Origin: the human T2T-CHM13v2.0 reference genome, Homo sapiens
Assembly: GCF_009914755.1 (NCBI RefSeq)
Contig: NC_060929.1
DNA length: 64,000 nt
Reading direction: 5' to 3' (one strand)
Shown here: piece after piece, positions 27,119 through 38,909 of the stretch
Numbering within the stretch: position 1 is the stretch's first letter
Layout of the letters: every line of letters starts with the position of its first letter
Translations under genes and position numbers: made by a program
Notes under the pieces: model-generated
Database searches by the model: none
Told to the model about the DNA's origin: nothing
Seen by the model: only the letters and a program-made list of their open reading frames with translations

Positions 27119-27737
27119 GTAAGTTCTTCCGTGACTTTCTCGCTTCCTTTCCAGCCATCCCAGCGGAGACCGCGAACGTACGGGTCGGCAGGGCTGGTGC
27201 AACCGGTGCGTGGAGAGCAGGGCTCAGTGGGTAGCAATAAAAATGAGCTTGAGGTGCAGGTTAAGGGGTCAAGTTCGGAAATGAAGCACACTTCTGCCGG
27301 CCTCGTTTTAACCGTATGTGGAATAGTTTCCTTCTAATTAGAGCAATAATATTTGCAAAGGTACGTTTACAGCACCTGGAGGAAAATTAGAACGTACCTA
27401 AGTTGATAGCAACGCTCTGCTCTAGCATACACTTCAGAAATCGTTTACTCGTGCTGGAGTCTTTGCATCGGTTTTCTTTTCAACAATGAAGTGCGGTCAC
27501 CAAACTTTGATTCCCCCTCCCCCGCCCCTAATATAATCGTACTTTTACTCTGAAAATGCTGGGGTCTGTAATCTGATCGCAAGGCTTCTGGGGTTGCAGA
27601 GTTTCAGGGTCTAGACGGGTGGTCTCCATTGCATTCAACGCGAGCGCCCTGTATCTATGGACTGTGAGCTTGGAAATGTTTGTGCTACTGGAACCGCGGC
27701 ACTTTAAGCCCCGCACTTCTGTCTGCCCCGCCCGCAG
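27119..27737 (+). other. ADAMTS19: ADAMTS19 intron 1 (619 nt, GT-AG)
   Basis: gtaagt...cccgcag between exons that splice in frame. Confidence 0.92.
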
Positions 27738-28393
27738 AGCTGCAGTTCGCCCCCGACCGCGAGGAGTGGGAAGTCGTGTTTCCTGCGCTCTGGCGCCGGG
27801 AGCCGGTGGACCCGGCTGGCGGCAGCGGGGGCAGCGCGGACCCGGGCTGGGTGCGCGGCGTTGGGGGCGGCGGAAGCGCCCGGGCGCAGGCTGCCGGCAG
27901 CTCACGCGAGGTGCGCTCTGTGGCTCCGGTGCCTTTGGAGGAGCCCGTGGAGGGCCGATCAGAGTCCCGGCTCCGGCCCCCGCCGCCGTCGGAGGGTGAG
28001 GAGGACGAGGAGCTCGAGTCGCAGGAGCTGCCGCGGGGATCCAGCGGGGCTGCCGCCTTGTCCCCGGGCGCCCCGGCCTCGTGGCAGCCGCCGCCTCCCC
28101 CGCAGCCGCCCCCGTCCCCGCCCCCGGCCCAGCATGCCGAGCCGGATGGCGACGAAGTGTTGCTGCGGATCCCGGCCTTCTCTCGGGACCTGTACCTGCT
28201 GCTCCGGAGAGACGGCCGCTTCCTGGCGCCGCGCTTCGCAGTGGAACAGCGGCCAAATCCCGGCCCCGGCCCCACGGGGGCAGCATCCGCCCCGCAACCT
28301 CCCGCGCCACCAGACGCAGGCTGCTTCTACACCGGAGCTGTGCTGCGGCACCCTGGCTCGCTGGCTTCTTTCAGCACCTGTGGAGGTGGCCTG
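27738..28393 (+). CDS. ADAMTS19: ADAMTS19 coding exon 2 (prodomain with Gly/Pro/Glu-rich low-complexity segment)
   Basis: Acceptor cttctgtctgccccgcccgcag|AG at 27737/27738; donor CTG|gtaagc at 28393/28394; 91+656=747 nt=249 codons, phase 0. Encodes ADAMTS prodomain motifs LRIPAFSRDLYLLLRRDGRFLAPRFAVE and CFYTGAV...SLASFSTCGGGL. Confidence 0.96.
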
Positions 28394-29235
28394 GTAAGCG
28401 CCTTCTTTCCCTAGCTCTCCATTTTCCCCTGCTGCTCCTCTCCTTGCCCATAGGTCAGGATGATTTGCATGCACCTTCTCCCCTTTCAGTGTGCTCCTTT
28501 TGAGCTTGGCCCTAGACTGCACCCCCAGGTGTCTACATCGTTTGCCTCCCATGGAACATCTCCAGGGCAGTTGTGTAAATCGGAAGTTTAATTGGGTGGA
28601 TAAATGGCCTTCTCCTTCCAGATGGTTATGTGTCTTTCAAAACTGCGTGAAACTCTGCCTTTTCGTAACTTCTTCCCAATGGCTCAACTTCTTTCTGTTC
28701 TCCAGAGTTTTCCAAACTAAGCGCTCCACGTGATGTCTTTTAGGAACTCGAAAGACAACCAGTCGGCTCACTGATGAATCTCCTTCGTGTTTGCGCCGCA
28801 CTCTCAGTTCCTCATCTGTTATCTTAGAGCTTTTTCATAACCTACTTCAAAGTTGAAAGAACAGTTCTATAGGGGATTACTCTGACAGTTGTCTAGAATT
28901 TAAACACATCCAGAGTCATACTGGACACCTGTTCACTGTTCTTGTGAAAGGAGTTGGGAGGGACTCAACTGAGAGACTGGAGGTTGAGTAACGGGTGACA
29001 TTAGAATCCGATCTGTGTTCAAAGGGTTATGGTTCTGTGATTTACATTTCATTTGACAGTAGTTCCTTTTCTTCTTTCCACTTTTTGGAGGAAAGGAGCA
29101 AGGTGGAGAGCCTTGTTAAAAGGCCTGTTGGGATGGAAAGTAAAAGCCATTTGCTCTGTCAATGTAGAACATCATTTGATTTTTCTCCCTCTGTCACGAT
29201 TCAGGGGTTGGGACAAGCTTCTATAAGTTGACCTT

Positions 29236-29352
29236 TGTGTGTGTGTGTGTGTGGGGGGGTCAAATATGCATAACATAAAATTTACTATTTTAACTGTTTC
29301 TAGATGTACAGGTACGTGGCATTAAGTACATTCACGTTGTTGTGCAACACCA
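29236..29352 (-). mobile_element. Short (GT)n followed by L1MB-like 3'-end fragment
   Basis: cataacataaaatttactattttaac...ggcattaagtacattcacgttgttgtgcaac. Confidence 0.7.
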
Positions 29353-29975
29353 CCATGTCCTTTATGGTTGTTGCCACCACCATAGGCTTTACTATTAATT
29401 GGTTTAAGACAAAACTCATAAAATATCAAAAATGCACTTGTGATTTGTGGCTTCATTTTGCTGTTCATAGTGAGCCACTGAGAAATCCACAAGAACTTGC
29501 ATGGAAGCAAACTGCTCATTTGGAGAAAATCCAACAGCAGTGGATAGCAGAAAATATCAGCACAATCAAAGCCACCCAAAACTACCACCTCCCCTGACCC
29601 AAGATCCCATAGTCAAATGATGTAAACTGTTGGACAGTACTCATAATGATGAATATTCAAATACGGGCATTTTTAGGCATAATTGAAAAAAATTGGCATG
29701 GAAAAATTACATGAGAAGCTTTTATTAAAAGGTTTTATGTGGAACTGATGTTTGAACATTTCACTGGGGAAAACATTTTGTGGAGATTTCATTGTCCACT
29801 AGCTTTTGGCTGGGGATTAAATAATCACATATAGAAAGTTCCTGGTGTGGTAGTAGCAATGGGGGATAAAGAATTTCACTGTGTTGAAATGTGCACTTTT
29901 GGTCAGATTTTCCAAATGACCTATTCCTTCTCTCCATACTTAAGGAAGCAAAGTTAGAATTATAAGTAGGTTTTT

Positions 29976-30037
29976 TGTATGTAACAAACCTGCAGGTTGT
30001 GCACGTGTACCCTAGAACTTAAAGTATTTATAAAAAA
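29976..30037 (+). mobile_element. Extremely 5'-truncated L1PA (~62 bp) with 20-bp TSD
   Basis: tatgtaacaaacctgcaggttgtgcacgtgtaccctagaacttaaagtat plus A-tail; agaattataagtaggttttt at 29956-29975 and 30038-30057. Confidence 0.92.
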
Positions 30038-33000
30038 AGAATTATAAGTAGGTTTTTCATAGACTGAATAGGAGTTTGACATACATCCCTGTTTATCATG
30101 TTGGACTTTTACTCACTGTTCCTATTAGCTACATATGTATATGTTCTAAACTGGGAAGTCTTTGTTATTGAGGAAAACTGCCATTGCCAGTGTTAGGAGT
30201 TAGATTTTCAGTAAAAAAGTTAAGCAAATAGCCAAGAAGGGTGGGTTTGTTACTCTAGACTCTAACATGCCAGCCCTGTTCCCTTATGAGCTGGTGGATA
30301 AGGAAAGAGTGAGCTGTTATCTGTACTCTGGAAGAGGTTTGTTCCCTGATGATTGACAAGCTCCTTATCTCTTTAGGCTTCAGTTTCCATAAGTAAAATT
30401 AGAGAATTAGATGATTTAATTTAAAAAATTGAATGATGGGATTAAAATTCTATTGGATATTTAATGTATTATAGGTCCCTTGTTTAGGGGATAGAATGTT
30501 CTGCCTTTTAGGGGCTCACAAGTTAAGAGAAAGATATCACCTGTAAGTGGAAATGACACAAGTAGTCACAAGACAGTGACAGACCAGCATGATGAATCAA
30601 ATGTTATGCTAAGGTAAAAATCCCTTGGGAGAGGTGGGGAATGCTTCCCAAAGCAGAAGAAGTTGAACTGGATTTTAAAACATGGAGAGGATTTCACCAG
30701 GCAGAAAAAAAAGCTGGAGTGTTGTAGGTAGAGGGAGGAGACTGAGTGCAGGCATGAAAATGCAGGACCTGTCAAGGGAATGATAAAGAATGTCTCCTAT
30801 GACTAGGCCAGAAGATGCAATAGAGAGAAATGATCTTAAAATGTCTAGAGATCAAACTTCAAAAGCCTTGTCTGCAAGAATATGGGCTTTTTCTAACTGA
30901 ATAGTCATAGAACTTCTTACCTCTTCCTTTATATCTCAAGAATTCTGTGATCCTGTAATTCTAATGTGAGGAATTATGATGCCTTTATATAGAGATGGTG
31001 AATCATTTATAAATGCAATGGCCATGAGTTTGCAACAATTATTTTCTTCTCAGGGAAAGCTTTCTTATTGTCAGTTGCAGAGAAGAGGGTAGTTCACTAA
31101 CTGTACCTTCCCTTACCCTCTCTTGATAGTAAGCTTTGCCTACTGGTACCTGAACTTTTCAATATCTTTTGGATTATTAAATATTTAAAAGGATCCAAAA
31201 GTCTGTACCAAAGGAAATAGAACATCAGCTATCCAGTAAAGTGAACATTTATAAGATTGACCATTTCACTCTCCAGGTACTACTCTAACTTGTGTTATCA
31301 AAGGATAAGTGCCAGAATGGAGATTTTGGATACAGGGGCAAAGCCTGCCTCTTCAAAGTTTTTAATCTTTCTGGATCTCATATCTGGATCTCTCTCTATA
31401 TAAAATGTACAAATTGTACTTATATATCTAGCAATTGATCTGTGAAGTGTTATTATTTTTGTTTGTTCTGATTAGTGTATTATTGAATAACAGTCTTATT
31501 TGAGTCATATATTAGATCTTATAAGCATGCAAATATACTACCACTAATCAATTAAACATTTATTGAACAACTCTTATGACTAAGGCCTTTTCCAGATATA
31601 GAGAATACAAAAAGAAGATGAAGCAGTCTCGATATATTTCACAGGGCCCTCAACCTAACTTGCCAGTTACCAATGAAAACAGGGAAATACAATAGGTTGA
31701 GATACGTGAAAATACACTTATACCATGAGTGATCTGATGACACTGTCTTGTTCATCTCTTTTCATTTCCAACACTTTACTTTTTAGTTGGCACTCAATAA
31801 AAATCACTGAATAATAAAATACAACACATGAAGTACTTTATGCTACTTTAAAATCATCTTTAAAAATTAAAACACACAAAAGCAATAAATTAAATCCCAT
31901 GAAACTGTGCAACAATTATCTTTGCTCAAAGTTAACACAATGTTTTTTTTTTTTTTTTTCTAAAAACATGCTTATAAGCGCTGGGCCAAAATAAGCTATA
32001 TTAGTATATACCTGGCCTATTTTTTTTTTAATGGACTATTGACATGGCAGACTACTTAGATTATTTTTTCCAGATGATGAAGTGTAGATACTAAAACTAA
32101 TGCCACCTTTTCCTACTTAAATTAAGAGTTTTATACAGTAGTCTTTTTGATTAGCTTTTGATACAGAATCTGGAGCCTTTTGTAAATTCAATTATTTTTT
32201 ATCTTATTTGCATTAAAGTATTGTATTCTGTGGAAAGTTTTAAACAATTAAATATTTTTGTGACTCCCATTTAGACAAGGCAGTATATCAGTTAGCAGTG
32301 TGAAAGCTGCTGTCAGGGCAGGAATGGGTAAAGAGAAATAAACACATAACGAGGAGAACCAGTGGAATCAGTCAACATCCAAATGAAAAAATTAAGATTA
32401 CAGACTGACCTCATATGTCTACTTTCTTCATTCAAGCAAAATCTTAGGAATGATAGAAAAGATATTCTAAATAAATATAAAGCAGTATTAGAAGAGAATG
32501 TCATCAGGACATCAGATATTTCAAATATCTCCTGAAAGATTGAAACAGTTTGGCTTGGATTAAGGGAAACATATAGACTTTAGAAAACATCTGTGACTTG
32601 CAGGAGCCATGCCAGAAGTGCCGCTGTACATGCAGGGAAAGGCAATGCAGTGAGCAGAAACGTACCTAGAACAAGAGCAGGATTTCTTTTTTCTGTTATC
32701 CCATTCTGCCAAGCACCGGAAGCCACATATGTGTCGCTAACACAGGAACAGAGAATAGAGGCAGAGCTTACCCAGGCCTGTGGGTGACACCCAGGAAATA
32801 GTCTCTACTCTCAAAAGATGAGCTGTTGGCTTCTTGCACTGAGTCAAAGGTCCCATCTGTCTCTAACTCAAGGAGAGCTGAGTAAACTGAACTAGTTACA
32901 ACAGATAGGTGAGCAGGGAAACCAAGAAAAGATGAGCTGACACCCAGGAATATTACATTTTGAAGAAAATAATATTAAGAGTCTCAAACTCTTGTTAATT

Positions 33001-33910
33001 AATACAAGAAGCAAAAAATTAATAAATAGAATAACAGAAATCTAATGCCCAGAAGAAAAAGAGCAGGTATATATTCATGGAAAAAATAAATTAAAAAAAT
33101 AGGAACAAACTGCTATCCATAAAAAAAAGGTTAGATACAATGGAACTGAAATTATATTTTTGTTAGAATAAAAACTCAATAGATGAGTTGATAGGTAAAT
33201 TTGTGATATGGAAGATCAAACCCAGAAATTATCCCAGAACACAATACAAGGGCCAAATGAATATAAAATAATAATAATAAAATAGTTGTAAGCCATTGAT
33301 TAATAGGTCTAGATCAAATATTTCTCTAATAGGAATGCATTTAAAAAATCAGTATAAAGACTGAATTGTAAAAATACATGCCGTTATACGCTACCTATCA
33401 GTTACACTTTGGATGTGAGGCCAGATATTACTTCTTTGAGGGTAGAGGGTAGATGAGATAAGTGGTGTTCTGGATGATCCTTGCTCAGCATACACCAAAA
33501 GCAATTTTCAACACAGGTTTCCATATTTGGAATTAAAAATAAAGACATGGAAAGCAGTTTATGTGTAGAATGCTTGATTTTAAAAATTGTTATTCTTTAT
33601 AATTGTTTCATTTCAAAATTATAGCAAAATTTTTAAACAACTTTCTTATTTTTCCAAAGTGTTCACAGAAACAAAAACGTATTTTGCACTCAGATTTAAT
33701 TATTTAATATTTAAATATTGATTAAATTATACAATTACAGAATGTTGTACCTACCTGTGTTCAGACAAATATGGCTGACTCTTGTCACAGGCTGACTGGT
33801 GGAAATGGTTGTATGCTGTAAGACAAAGGAAGCGTCTGCTAGCTATGAGCATTCAGCATGCTGTATGCCTCAGTGACATATTTTCCAGATGGTGTGTGGC
33901 GTATTAAGTC

Positions 33911-34030
33911 AGCGATTCTAGTTGATTTTGTTGATATAACCAAGATTAGTTAGGGAGAGGTTAAGAGACCAGTGGTTCTAATTGAATTGGTTGATATAAC
34001 CAAGGTTAGTTAGATAGAGGTTAAGAGACC
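33911..34030 (+). repeat. Tandem duplication, 2 x 60 bp
   Basis: 33911-33970 vs 33971-34030 align ungapped with 8 mismatches. Confidence 0.9.
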
Positions 34031-34059
34031 CCTTTTTCAGCGTCAGAAACAAATTTATC

Positions 34060-34400
34060 AGAAATAAGACACAAACCTTCAGATTGAAGGACCAACCACA
34101 AAACTCAGCATGGCATAAGAGGGACCCAAATCTAGATATACATTCACAGAATATTAGAAAATCAAAGAGAAAGAGAAAATCGTATGCATTTAATAGAGGA
34201 GAGATGATCTACAGTGGGATGTGTGTCAGATTGACTTTAGAGGATTGAATCAGTAATACTGGGTGCCAGAGGATCAGGTAACTTCAGGATTCTGAGGAAG
34301 AGTCATTTAAAATCCTGGATTATATGGTCACACAAAACACCATTCAAATCTGAGGCCAAAGTAAAATCATTTGCAAAATTATAAGGACTCAGGTGTTACC
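34060..34400 (+). mobile_element. HAL1/L1ME ORF1-like remnant
   Basis: cttcagattgaagg...aaagagaaagagaaaat...attctgaggaagagtcatttaaaatcc; similar remnants at ~32330-33340 and ~39495-39620. Confidence 0.5.
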
Positions 34401-34978
34401 ACACAGAATCTCCAAAAAGGTATGCAATGAAAAATCTTCCTCAAATACCTATTCCCCGGTTAGTACTTAGTTTTCCATCCTAGAGGTAACCAGGGTTATC
34501 TGCTTATAGTGTCTGATCTGGAGGTAGTTTATGCATAGACAAATATATATACATGTATACACTTACAGCTTTTTAAAAACCCATACTATTTACACACACA
34601 CACGTGGTATTACCACAATTGAGTGTGTAAAGAGATTCCCCTTTTTTTACGTCCTCTTATATCTGATTGCAAGGATCTTTTGTAATCTACCTAATGAGTT
34701 TGGTGTTCCTGGATATTTGATTGAATACAATATTTTCCTATTAAGAACAAGGCTAAATATATAGGATTCTGTAGAAAAGCTGTTTTGCCTCTAATGTATA
34801 TCTATGTTAAAGGGCATGAGTATTGGTAATTCGGAGAGAGATTGCTTAATTGTACCCCATAGAGATGGTGCTACTTTACAGTCTCAGACCAGGAGAGTAG
34901 GAGAGTTTCTCTTTCCCATGTCCTGTTACCAGTATGGACGTTATTATTAAAATTTTTGACCTTTGTGAAATCTAATAG

Positions 34979-35287
<309 letters not shown>

Positions 35288-35411
35288 AAAGATTGATGTT
35301 ATCTTAATATAGTTGTAATTTACATTTTTTGTTGTTATGGTGAGGTTGAGTGTCTTTATATTTTTTATTCTCATTTCCTTTCCTGTAGACTTTCCATTCA
35401 TATCTTTTACT

Positions 35412-35712
35412 TATTATTATTATTATTTTAATGATGGATTCTTGTTCTGTCGGCCAGGCCAGAGTGCAGTGGGGCAATCTTGGCTCACTGCAACCTCCGT
35501 CTCCTGGGTTCCTGCCATTCTCCTGCCTCAGCCTCCGAAGTAGCTGAAATTACAGGTGCCTGCCACCACACCCAGCTAATTTTTGTGTTTTTAGTAGAGG
35601 TGGGGTTTTGCCATGTTGGCCAGGCTGGTCTCAAACTCCTGACATCAGGTGATCTGCCCACCTCAGATTCCTAAAGTGCTGGGATTACAGGTGTGAGTCA
35701 CCACACCAGGCC
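35412..35712 (-). mobile_element. AluS (Sx-like)
   Basis: Full antisense Alu; atcttttactta on both sides. Confidence 0.93.
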
Positions 35713-37845
35713 ATCTTTTACTTATTTTTCTATTATATATTTTTATTTCTAATTCCAAAGTTCTTTATATATTAGTATTTTAAAAAGACAAATGTTAATT
35801 ACAAAATAATATATTCTAAGTATAGGACATTTAGAAAATATATAAAATAAATAATCTGTAATTTTACCATCCAGAGATAGACAACTAACTTTTTAGTATT
35901 TATGCTGAAAAGGACATAAACATATAAAATAAACCTCAATTTTCAGAAGATTTGTTGGTAAGCTAGAAAAAGCAAATTTTCTCAAACATCTTTTTTGGTT
36001 TATAAGATTGGCACAAATTATGCAGATTGAGACTATCTAGTGGACATAATTGGGGAACATTTAATCTTACACCTTGTAGGAGAGTAAATTTGTAGAGTCA
36101 ATATATACTTTTGTGTAGTATCTATTAGAACATTAAATATGCTTACCCTTCTTTTTAGCAATTCTGCTTATAGTTGTCAATTTTAGAGAAATATCTATAT
36201 ATGTGCAAAAGGTTTATGTATAAACCTATTCATTGCAGAACTTAGAACTCTCTAGATATTCAGCAGTAATGGACTAGTTGTATCTATATATTATGCTGAA
36301 GGCCAGGAGAATGAAAAGATAAAAGAAACAGTTCTTTGCTTCAAGGTGTTTACAGTTTTGAAGGAACCATTTTCTTTGTCTCAACTTTTTATCCTTTTAG
36401 AGTTCATCACAGTTATTCGATTTAGTAAGTACTCAATCTCTCCTTATTAATAAAATAACTGGTTTTTAAGTGTACCTACCTTTATGGCATTCTGTGGATT
36501 TCCAGTTTAGCATTAGAGTGGCATGGATAATATAGTTACATGTGAGAGAAGTTTCTGGATTATGAGAGGGGCAATATGTAGATACATCAGTCTTCATTAA
36601 AGGAAGCTACATAGTGAATAAACAGAATTGTGATGCTGATCGAATAAGCTACATCGTACATTAAAAATAAACTATTTAATCATATATTAACCTATGTCTT
36701 CATTCTCAGAGATTTGAGACATGGGCCAATTTTGTGAGAAGAAATTTTCTTTATTTAATAATGAATAAATAATTGTATGCATTTATTTGAAGTTTGTTAA
36801 CTGAATCATATAGTATTCTTTTAAATAACAAAATTCTTTATAAGAGCCTGAAAATATGTTTATGCAACACTAAAACAGAGCACATATTTATTGAGTTCAT
36901 GCACAATTGAATGTTTCCACTTATTTGCAATTACATTTTTAACCCAGAGGGTTTTATGTCTTTGTATTTGCAAAATGAAGAAGAATCAGAGGAGTTGCAG
37001 GTTCCTGGTAGGTGGGATATGTTTTGGAGCAGTGGGAGAACCAGTAGTCCCCCTTGAATTATGATTTGGAGGTTTCCTGAAAGGAAGTTTTAAGATTCTC
37101 TTAGCAAAGTGAGAACCATAATTTGATGCAGAGTGCATTTAGGGTGCAGCTATAGTGAACACATCCATCTCATCATTATTCTGATGCCAAGCCCTAGACT
37201 GAGAGAAGTGAGAAAATGGGAGCTTAGCCATTCCAGTGCTACACAGATATTTTTATAGAATTATTACATGGTGGTGTTGGGAAGTACCTTAGGGATTAGA
37301 TAGTTTAGTGCCTGCCTTTTCCAGAGAGAGAAACTTGACTTCATCTCATAATTAATGTGCCTATATCTGCAATAAATTATTAACTCTTTAGACTCTAACT
37401 CAGATGATCAGGGAATGGTGCTGGTGAGCCCAGGCCAGTTTGGGCATTACCAAATGCTTCTGCTTTTCTATTGTTTTCCGTTTAAAATAAATGAAATCTA
37501 AATATGTTTTTTTTTCCTTGAGCACATTCAAAGGATAAACATAAGGATATTTTGCCCTCAACTCTTTTTGTAGTCTACTAGCCTCAGCCTGGCTTTACTT
37601 AAAATAAGACCACTTCTGCAGTGAGGCTACATCATCAGCCATTTGACCATGCTCCTTGATGTCCTGTTTCTTCAAGTGTGGTGTGTAGATATCAGGATCA
37701 AAATCAGGCGGTGGGATGTATGGGGGCGGGGGTGGTGGGGGGTGGTTTGGTGAGGTAGAGGTAGTTGGTAGAGGAAGTCTCTATTAAAAATAAGGCTTCC
37801 AGACTGAATGACAAACCTAAAATATGAAGTTAAAAAGAATCTAAG

Positions 37846-38170
37846 ATAAAAATAAGCCTGGGGTGGTGGCACATACCTGCAGCTCCAGCTACTCAGGAGG
37901 TTAAGGTGGGAGGATCACCTGAAGCCAGGAGTTAGAGGCTGCAGTGAGCTGTGATTGCACCACTGCACTACAGCCTGGGTGACAGAGTGAGACCCTGTCT
38001 CAAAAGAATGAAAGAAAGACAGAGAAAGAGAGGGATAGGGAGGGAAGGAGGTAGGGAGGAAAAGAAAGGAAGGAAAGAAAGAAAAAGAAGGAAGGAAGGA
38101 AGGAAGGAAGGAAGGAAGGAAAGCAGGCAGGCAGGCAAGACTCTGTCTCTAAATAAATGAATAAATAAAT
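37846..38170 (+). mobile_element. Alu right monomer (FRAM/AluJ-like) with (GAAG)n-type purine repeat in its tail
   Basis: gtggtggcacatacctgcagctccagctactcaggagg...gagaccctgtctc; purine tract 38002-38138. Confidence 0.8.
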
Positions 38171-38187
38171 AAAAAGAATACAAGGTA

Positions 38188-38909
38188 CTTTTTTTTTAAA
38201 CTTTCAAGTTCAGGGGTACATGTGCAGGTTTGTTAAGTAGGTGAACTTGTGTGATGGGGATTTGTTTTACAAATTATTTCATCACCCAGATATTAAACCT
38301 AGTACCCATTAGTTATTTTTTCTTATCCTTTCCCTCCTCCCACCCTCCACCCTCTAGTAGGCCCCAGAGTCTGTAGTTCCTCTCTATGTGTCCATGTGTT
38401 CTCATCATTTAGCTCCCACTTAAAAGTGAGAACATGTGGTTTTTGATTTTCTGTTCCTATGTTACTTTGCTAAGGATCATGGCCTCCAGCCCCATCCAGG
38501 TTGCTGCAAAGGACATGATATCATTCTTTTAGGGCTGCACAGTGTTCTATAGTGTGTATGTACCACATTTTCTTTATTCAGTCTACCATTGATGGAAAGT
38601 TAGGTTGATTCCATGCATTTGCTATTATGTATAGTGCTGCAATGAACTCACACACGTGTGTGTCTTTATAATAGAACAATTTGTATTGCTTTGGGTATAT
38701 ACCCAGTAATGGGCTTGGTGGGTTGAATGGGGTATTTCTGTTTTCAGGTATTTGAGGAATCACTTCACTATCTTCCACAATGGTTGAACTAACTTAAACT
38801 GCCATCAACAGTGTATAAGCATTCGTTTTTCTCTGCAACCTTGCTAGGATCTATTTTTTGACTTTTTAATAATAGCCATTCTGGCTGGTGTGAGATGGTA
38901 TCTCATTAT
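38188..38909 (-). mobile_element. Older L1PA/L1PB 3' fragment
   Basis: ttcaggggtacatgtgcaggtttgtta...ctcatcatttagctcccact...ttccacaatggttgaactaa...gtgtgagatggtatctcatt. Confidence 0.9.

Larger units (their letters stand above)
26250..28420. promoter_or_regulatory. CpG island / ADAMTS19 promoter
   Basis: Abrupt shift to high GC and dense CpG against an AT-rich background; CCAAT near 26236, CACGTG near 26295, CACCC/C-rich boxes at 26797-26900; no evident TATA box. Confidence 0.9.

Noticed and set aside
27680-28414. 244-aa ORF as a standalone gene
   Set aside because: It is exon 2 plus intronic read-through; the start is non-ATG and canonical splice sites lie at 27738 and 28393.
26470-28552. 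Long overlapping ORFs on both strands in the CpG island (e.g. 26483-27202 -, 27528-28310 -, 27861-28397 +, 26664-27122 +)
   Set aside because: Expected from stop-codon scarcity in very GC-rich DNA; low-complexity Arg/Pro/Gly/Ala products with no domain. Only the spliced ADAMTS19 frame has family motifs.
29304-29597. Overlapping 97-aa (+) and 88-aa (-) ORFs as a hidden exon or retrogene
   Set aside because: No recognisable homology, the start lies in an L1 fragment, and there are no convincing splice sites, poly-A or TSD.
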